Shown here: positions 33,797 to 38,971 of the stretch, piece by piece
Position numbering within the stretch: position 1 is the stretch's first letter
Layout of the letters: each line of letters starts with the position of its first letter
From: Novosphingobium sp.
GTDB taxonomy: Bacteria > Pseudomonadota > Alphaproteobacteria > Sphingomonadales > Sphingomonadaceae
DNA: 38,971 bases
Direction of reading: 5' to 3'
Assembly (NCBI GenBank): GCA_031360105.1
Contig: JANMBA010000157.1
Span: 1 to 38,971, forward strand
Made by a program: the position numbers and the translations under genes
Notes under the pieces: generated by a model
What the model was told of the DNA's origin: nothing
Database searches by the model: none
What the model saw: only the letters and a program-made list of their open reading frames with translations

Positions 33797-35926
33797 ATGG
33801 CCAGAACTGACAATCTTCGCACGGCATCGGCGGGCGGGGGACGGAGCCCTAAACGGGGCAAACCGGCGCGCACTGGCTGGCGGCTAGGCCTGCGCCGGGT
33901 GTTCGTCTGGGGCGGATCACTGGGCTTGCTCGGGCTGGTCTCGCTGCTCGTCGCGGTTGGCCTTGCGGCGCGCACGCTGCCCGATTTCGATCAGCTCAAG
34001 GCCAGTCAGGTCGAACAAATGATCGTGGTCCGCGCGCGTGACGGGACCGAGCTGGTCACCATCGGGCCAAGTTATGGCAAGTGGCTGCCCGCCCCCGCAA
34101 TCCCGCAAGTGATGAAAGACGCGATCCTTTCGACCGAGGACAAGCGCTATTATTCGCATCTCGGGATCGATCCCGTTGGTGTGCTGCGCTCGGTCCAGAT
34201 CCGGCTCCAGTCGGGTGCATGGCGACAAGGCGGCTCGACTATCACCCAGCAGCTGGCCCGCACGGTGTTCCTCAACAACACAAAATCGTTCGGGCGGAAA
34301 CTGCGCGAAGGCGTGCTGGCGCTGGCGCTCGAATGGAAATTCTCCAAATCGCAGATCCTCGAGCTGTATCTGAACAAGGTCTATTTTGGCGGCGGCGCTT
34401 ATGGCGTGGATGCGGCGTCGCGCAAATTCTTCGGCCATACCGGCGATCAGCTGTCGCTGCCCGAGGCCGCGATTATCGCCGGGCTGGTCAAGGCACCCTC
34501 GCATTACGCCCCGACTGCTGATGCCGAGGCGGCGGTGGGACGCGGGCAAGTGGTCTTGGGCTTGATGGTGCAAAACCAGAAGGTCAGCAGCACCGCTGCG
34601 CAGGCGGTGGATTTTACGGCAATCAAGTTCGCGCAGGAAAGCGGGCAGAACGCGGTGCGCTATTTCACCGACTGGGCCTTGCCGCAGCTTGATATCCTGC
34701 TGCCCGAAAATTCCGAGCCGATTGAGGTCTGGACGACGCTTGACCCCAAGCTGCAAGGCGCGGCCACCGATTCAATCCAGCGCAATGTCCCCGGCGGGGC
34801 GCAAGGCGCGCTGGTCAGCATGGACCGCGACGGCGCGGTGCTGGCGCTGGTTGGAGGGACCGATTATGTCACCTCGAATTACAACCGCGCGACCAATGCG
34901 GTGCGCCAGCCGGGTTCGGCGTGGAAGCTGTTCGTCTATCTCGCCGCGCTTGAATCGGGCTATACGCCCACTTCCGAAGTGGTTGACGAGCCGGTCACCA
35001 TTCAGGGCTGGAGCCCGCGCAATTCGGGCGGAACCTATGCCGGCAAGATCGATGTGCGCACTGCCTTTGCCTATTCGAAGAACACCGTGGCGGCGCAGCT
35101 GGGCAACGAAGTGGGCTTTTCCAGTGTGGCCGGAATGGCCCGGCGGTTTGGCATCACCACCCCGATTTCAACCGTCCCCTCAATGGTGCTGGGATCCAAC
35201 GAAGTCCGCTTGATCGACATGACCCGGGCGTTTGCGGCCGTATCGGCGCGCGGCCAATCGATCGAGCCATATGGCATCGTCAAGGTTTCCACCACTGCGG
35301 GCCGGGTGCTGTATCAGCATGAGAAAAAGCAGGGTACGGTCCTGGTCCCCGACAGCGTCATATCCGGGATGACCGATTTGCTGCAAAGCGCGGTCAGCAT
35401 CGGAACCGGACGGGCCGCGCAAATCGGCCGCCCGGTGGCAGGCAAGACCGGCACCACCAGTTCCAACAAGGACGGCTGGTTTCTGGGTTTCTCCAGCGGG
35501 GTGACCACCGGGGTGTGGATGGGCCGCGACGATGACAAACCGGTGGCCGGGCTGCAAGGTGGGACCGCCCCGGCGCGAGCCTTTGCGGCCTATATGAAGA
35601 TTGCGGTGGCGGGGCGCCCGATCGAACCGTTCCAGACCACGGCGCAGCTCCCCAGCTGGCAGCTTGAACCCGATGACGAAGCCAACTTCAGCGGGCGGCC
35701 CGAAGACTATTACTACGTCGATGAGCAGGGCAACCTGATCGATCCGGTCAAAGCTGGACCCGGAGCCAGGCCGAAGGCGCCGCCGCAGGAGGTGCCAATG
35801 CCGGGCGGCAATTCGGGCGGGTTGATCCCGGCCTCACCCGCGCCGGCCGCCAATGAGGATTTCCTCAACGAAGCAACCGGTGGAGGTAAGCCCAGCGGCA
35901 CCCCGCCAGCGCCCCGGCCCAACTGA
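33797..35926 (+). CDS. Class A penicillin-binding protein (PBP1A family)
   Basis: Transglycosylase motifs EDKRYYSHLG, GGSTITQQLAR, RKLRE, LYLNKVYFG; transpeptidase SAWK, SKN, KTG. Confidence 0.95.
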   Translation: MARTDNLRTASAGGGRSPKRGKPARTGWRLGLRRVFVWGGSLGLLGLVSLLVAVGLAARTLPDFDQLKASQVEQMIVVRARDGTELVTIGPSYGKWLPAPAIPQVMKDAILSTEDKRYYSHLGIDPVGVLRSVQIRLQSGAWRQGGSTITQQLARTVFLNNTKSFGRKLREGVLALALEWKFSKSQILELYLNKVYFGGGAYGVDAASRKFFGHTGDQLSLPEAAIIAGLVKAPSHYAPTADAEAAVGRGQVVLGLMVQNQKVSSTAAQAVDFTAIKFAQESGQNAVRYFTDWALPQLDILLPENSEPIEVWTTLDPKLQGAATDSIQRNVPGGAQGALVSMDRDGAVLALVGGTDYVTSNYNRATNAVRQPGSAWKLFVYLAALESGYTPTSEVVDEPVTIQGWSPRNSGGTYAGKIDVRTAFAYSKNTVAAQLGNEVGFSSVAGMARRFGITTPISTVPSMVLGSNEVRLIDMTRAFAAVSARGQSIEPYGIVKVSTTAGRVLYQHEKKQGTVLVPDSVISGMTDLLQSAVSIGTGRAAQIGRPVAGKTGTTSSNKDGWFLGFSSGVTTGVWMGRDDDKPVAGLQGGTAPARAFAAYMKIAVAGRPIEPFQTTAQLPSWQLEPDDEANFSGRPEDYYYVDEQGNLIDPVKAGPGARPKAPPQEVPMPGGNSGGLIPASPAPAANEDFLNEATGGGKPSGTPPAPRPN

Positions 35927-35952
35927 GAGTTGCGGAGTTTGCCACCCGAACC

Positions 35953-36069
35953 CCGTTCGTCCTGAGGAGCAGCTGGGCGAAGCGAAGCCGCGTCTCGAAG
36001 GACCAGCCGCTGTGCCTGGTGGTTCGAGACGGTCGTTCGCTTCGCTCAAGCTCTCCTCACCACGAACGG
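35953..36069. repeat. Inverted REP doublet (two 51-bp units, 15-bp spacer) between convergent PBP1A and degP
   Basis: 35953-36003 CCGTTCGTCCTGAGGAGCAGCTGGGCGAAGCGAAGCCGCGTCTCGAAGGAC versus the reverse complement of 36019-36069, CCGTTCGTGGTGAGGAGAGCTTGAGCGAAGCGAACGACCGTCTCGAACCAC. Confidence 0.85.
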
Positions 36070-36082
36070 TGGGAAGGCGAAA

Positions 36083-37585
36083 TCAGCGCAGCCGGAGCGC
36101 GATGAACACCGTGCCGGGCTGGCCGGGGCGGAGCACTTCGAGCGTCATGCTGGGGCGCCCAGCGGCCTTGGCCGCCTTGATCGCGGCTTCGAACTGAGCG
36201 ACCCCGCTGATCGCGGCAAAGTTGGTTCCGATCACAATATCGCCTTGTTGCAAGCCGCGGTTGGCAGCATCCGAGGCGCTGTCGACCGAGGCGACCACCA
36301 CGCCCTTGGTATCGCCCGGCACCTTCAGCCGCTCGGCCAGCGCCGGGGTCATCCCCAGGATCTGCAAGCCGAGCGCGTCGCCGGCCAGCCCTTCACCCTG
36401 CTTTTCGGGCGCGGTAAACGGATTGGTCGGCGCGGTTGGCGCGCCAAAGCTCTTGGCCATTTCCTGCGGGGTTGGCCGCTTGACGACCACCGCGGTCAGG
36501 GTTTGGGGACGGCCTTGGCGCAGCAACTCGATCGGAATGCGGGTGCCGGGGGTCAGTTCGGCAACGATGCCTGAGAGCGTGCGATCGGGTGTGATCTCCA
36601 CTCCGTTGACCTTGAGCACGATATCGCCCGGTCTGATCCCGGCCAGCGCCCCTGGCATGCCCGGCGGAACCGCGCGAACCAACTCGCCGCGATTGTGCGG
36701 CAGGCCCAGCGAGTCGGCGATTTCGTCTGTAACCGGCTGGATCGAAACCCCCAGAAAACCGCGCTCGATCGCTTGGCCGGCCATCAACTTTTCGACAATT
36801 GGCTTGGCCGTATCCGCCGGAATGGCAAAGCCGATCCCGATATTGCCGCCATTGGGCGCGACGATCCAGTTGTTGATGCCGATGACATTGCCGCGCATAT
36901 CGAACATCGGTCCGCCCGAATTGCCGCTGTTGATCGAGGCATCGGACTGGATGTAGTGATCGTAAGCGCCGGTCCCGGTGTTGCGATTGACTGAGCTGAC
37001 AATCCCCGAAGTGACCGTGCCGCCAAGCCCAAACGGATTGCCGATCGCGATCACCCAGTCACCCGCGCGGGCCTTGCTCGATTGGCCGAACTGGACGAAC
37101 GGCAGCGCCGCTTTGGCATCGATCTTGAGCACCGCGATATCCGAATCGGGGTCTCGTCCGACAATCCGGGCATTGTATTCGGTGCCATCGACCAAGGTGA
37201 CCATCACCGCATCGGCGGCGCCTTGCTGATCAAGGCTGATCACGTGGTTATTAGTGACGACAAAGCCGTCAGCTGAAACGATGAAGCCCGAGCCCTGCGC
37301 TTCGGCCACCCGTTGCGAGCTGCCGCCACCCGCTCCGGCAAAGGGTGTTCCCGCCTGCGGATTATCGACCTGAACTTTTTGCCGCACGGTGATGTTGACC
37401 ACGGCTGGTTGCAGCTGCGCGGTCAAATCGGCGAAGCTGGCGGGGGCGCCGACGCGCGGCACCACGTCCTGCATCCGGCTCTGGTCGTTCTGCGCCACTT
37501 GCGCCCCAGCCGGCAACCCGGTGGTCAGCGAAAGCGCGGCGCCGCCGAGCAGCAGGGCCGAAGTTACTCCGTAAGCGTATCGCAC
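36083..37585 (-). CDS. degP: DegP/DegQ (HtrA) periplasmic serine protease with two PDZ domains
   Basis: GSGFIV, VTNNHV, DIAVLK, INSGNSGGP, two PDZ domains; GTG at 37585 with AGGA RBS. Confidence 0.92.
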   Translation of the reverse strand: MRYAYGVTSALLLGGAALSLTTGLPAGAQVAQNDQSRMQDVVPRVGAPASFADLTAQLQPAVVNITVRQKVQVDNPQAGTPFAGAGGGSSQRVAEAQGSGFIVSADGFVVTNNHVISLDQQGAADAVMVTLVDGTEYNARIVGRDPDSDIAVLKIDAKAALPFVQFGQSSKARAGDWVIAIGNPFGLGGTVTSGIVSSVNRNTGTGAYDHYIQSDASINSGNSGGPMFDMRGNVIGINNWIVAPNGGNIGIGFAIPADTAKPIVEKLMAGQAIERGFLGVSIQPVTDEIADSLGLPHNRGELVRAVPPGMPGALAGIRPGDIVLKVNGVEITPDRTLSGIVAELTPGTRIPIELLRQGRPQTLTAVVVKRPTPQEMAKSFGAPTAPTNPFTAPEKQGEGLAGDALGLQILGMTPALAERLKVPGDTKGVVVASVDSASDAANRGLQQGDIVIGTNFAAISGVAQFEAAIKAAKAAGRPSMTLEVLRPGQPGTVFIALRLR

Positions 37586-37648
37586 CAATTTGATCCTATC
37601 TGTTAGCCAAAGTGTCTGCGTCCCGCCGCTGGTCTCACGCCGCGCGGC

Positions 37649-37665
37649 CTGAACCGCGATTGAAT
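37649..37665 (-). promoter_or_regulatory. TCA-N8-TCA direct-repeat site upstream of degP
   Basis: Minus strand ATTCAATCGCGGTTCAG, 64-80 nt upstream of the degP start; near-identical to 20540-20556. Confidence 0.45.
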
Positions 37666-37682
37666 GAGCTGGACCAGCCGCA

Positions 37683-38552
37683 CTACTTTCCGTTGAAGTG
37701 CTTGAGATAATCGCTGTCGGGCGGGATTACGATAGTGGTCCCGCCCTTGCGCGCGGGATCGCCAAAGTTGGTCCCGTAGCTGCGCAGCGCGCGGAAGTAA
37801 TCGTAAAACTCGGGGTCTTGCCCGGCGCTACGCTGCATGATTTCGGCCGCCTTGGCGTCGGCTTCGGCAACTGTCTGGCGCGCTTCGAGCACGCTGGCAT
37901 CGGCAATTTCCCAGGCCTGGCGCGCATGGCGTTCCTGCATCCGGTCAAACGCCAGTTTCTGGCCGCCTTCGGGCAAGACCACGCGTCCGATTCGGAGATC
38001 GACCGCCTGAACCCCGTAAGTCCGCAGCTTGGCATCGAGCGCCGAGAGAATTTGCCGCCCTGCGCCGCCGCTGCCCGGGGTACTGATCACCCCGGCGGCG
38101 CGCTGCGACAATTCTTCGGCGAGTAGCGAAGGCAGGATCGTGCGAACCTGATCGCTCACTTTGGCTCCGCTGCCGAGCGAGCCGACCAACCGGACCGGAT
38201 CGATGATGCGGTAGGTTACGTCGGTATCGACCAGCAGCACTTGCCCGTCAGCGGTATGGACTTTCTGATCGCCCAGCGAATAGCCTTGCAAGCCTCGTTC
38301 CAGCCAGATTACCCGGTCAACAAACGGCAGTTTGAGGACCGCGCCAGCCCCGCTTGGACCAGCGGTCCCGCTTTGCCCGCGGGCATTGGCGGGCTGAAAA
38401 CGGTTGATCACGCTCAGCGGCTTGCCAAAGCGGGTGATCACCGCTTGCTGGCCTTCGCTGACCATGACCACGCTCGATGCGGCCAGCAGCGCCAGCCCGG
38501 CCAGCACGAACAGTCCGGCGCGGGCCCGGCGCAAGTTGCGGGTCATAGTCAT
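37683..38552 (-). CDS. hflC: FtsH protease modulator HflC
   Basis: TM anchor, QAVITRFGKP, KLPFVDRV, YRIIDP, QDPEFYDYFRALRSY, PDSDYLKHF; lies between hflK and degP. Confidence 0.88.
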   Translation of the reverse strand: MTMTRNLRRARAGLFVLAGLALLAASSVVMVSEGQQAVITRFGKPLSVINRFQPANARGQSGTAGPSGAGAVLKLPFVDRVIWLERGLQGYSLGDQKVHTADGQVLLVDTDVTYRIIDPVRLVGSLGSGAKVSDQVRTILPSLLAEELSQRAAGVISTPGSGGAGRQILSALDAKLRTYGVQAVDLRIGRVVLPEGGQKLAFDRMQERHARQAWEIADASVLEARQTVAEADAKAAEIMQRSAGQDPEFYDYFRALRSYGTNFGDPARKGGTTIVIPPDSDYLKHFNGK

Positions 38553-38971
38553 TTACCGTCCCCCTGCGGCGGGGCTGGCGATTCGGACTGGGGCGGCGGA
38601 GCGGCCGGTTTACCGCTCGGCCCCGGCGGCGCAGTGGCGGGCATGCCCGATCCGCCGACCACCACCGGATTGTTGCGCAGCACGCGCTCCATCATCTCGT
38701 AGTACATCTTGCGGCGGGTCACGGCGGGGGCAATCTTGTAAGTAGCATAGGCCTGCTCGAAATCACCCGCCTCGCTGCCCGCATCCTTGATCACCTGATC
38801 GCGCCATTGCAGGGCGCGCTCACGGTTTTTGCTGGCATCTTCCTTGGCCGTGCCGATTTTCTGGAACGTTTCCGCCAAACGCCCTGGCGGACCCGCGCGC
38901 AGCACCTCGACCGCCGAGAGCGTCACCCCGGAATGCCACGCGTCGAGCACCTTTTGCACCCGGCCCATGAC
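38549..38971 (-). CDS. hflK: FtsH protease modulator HflK, C-terminal part (5'-truncated by the window edge)
   Basis: QKVLDAWHSGVTL, YKIAPAVTRRKMYYEMMERVL; ATGA overlap with hflC. Confidence 0.82.
   Translation of the reverse strand, partial: VMGRVQKVLDAWHSGVTLSAVEVLRAGPPGRLAETFQKIGTAKEDASKNRERALQWRDQVIKDAGSEAGDFEQAYATYKIAPAVTRRKMYYEMMERVLRNNPVVVGGSGMPATAPPGPSGKPAAPPPQSESPAPPQGDGK

Noticed and set aside
1-38971. Prophage, IS transposase, integrase, tRNA, rRNA or CRISPR array
   Set aside because: No supporting motifs or repeat-spacer structure seen; small RNAs cannot be excluded without a covariance-model search.

Overview
GC-rich alphaproteobacterial chromosome segment whose gene content and order point to Sphingomonadaceae (Novosphingobium-like; an inference from gene content). 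It is mostly housekeeping, envelope and catabolic genes: tonB-like, murA, galU, an OmpR-family two-component pair, acyl-CoA ligase + cytochrome P450, glnE-bcp-DUF455-M23, M28 peptidase, agmatine deiminase, hppD-VOC-TonB-dependent receptor, YeiH, a PQQ/heme c alcohol dehydrogenase, dienelactone hydrolase, SPFH-NfeD, PBP1A and hflK-hflC-degP. A small accessory islet (about 950-2030) holds vapBC, a BrnA-like fragment and a probable membrane-protein pseudogene. Several REP/MITE-like palindromes and a restriction-modification gene relic lie between genes. The best candidates for new biology are: (i) a coupled five-gene block (deacetylase, two GT4 glycosyltransferases, flippase-like protein, DUF2141) that could build or modify glycosphingolipid head groups; (ii) a lipoprotein quinohemoprotein ADH with the extra Asp (WDFD) typical of lanthanide enzymes; (iii) a CusR-box-like controlled module with a tiny secreted two-Cys protein; (iv) a 17-bp TCA-N8-TCA motif shared by two envelope genes. 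No rRNA, tRNA, CRISPR array or intact transposase was seen. All family calls come from motif recognition by eye; no database search was run.
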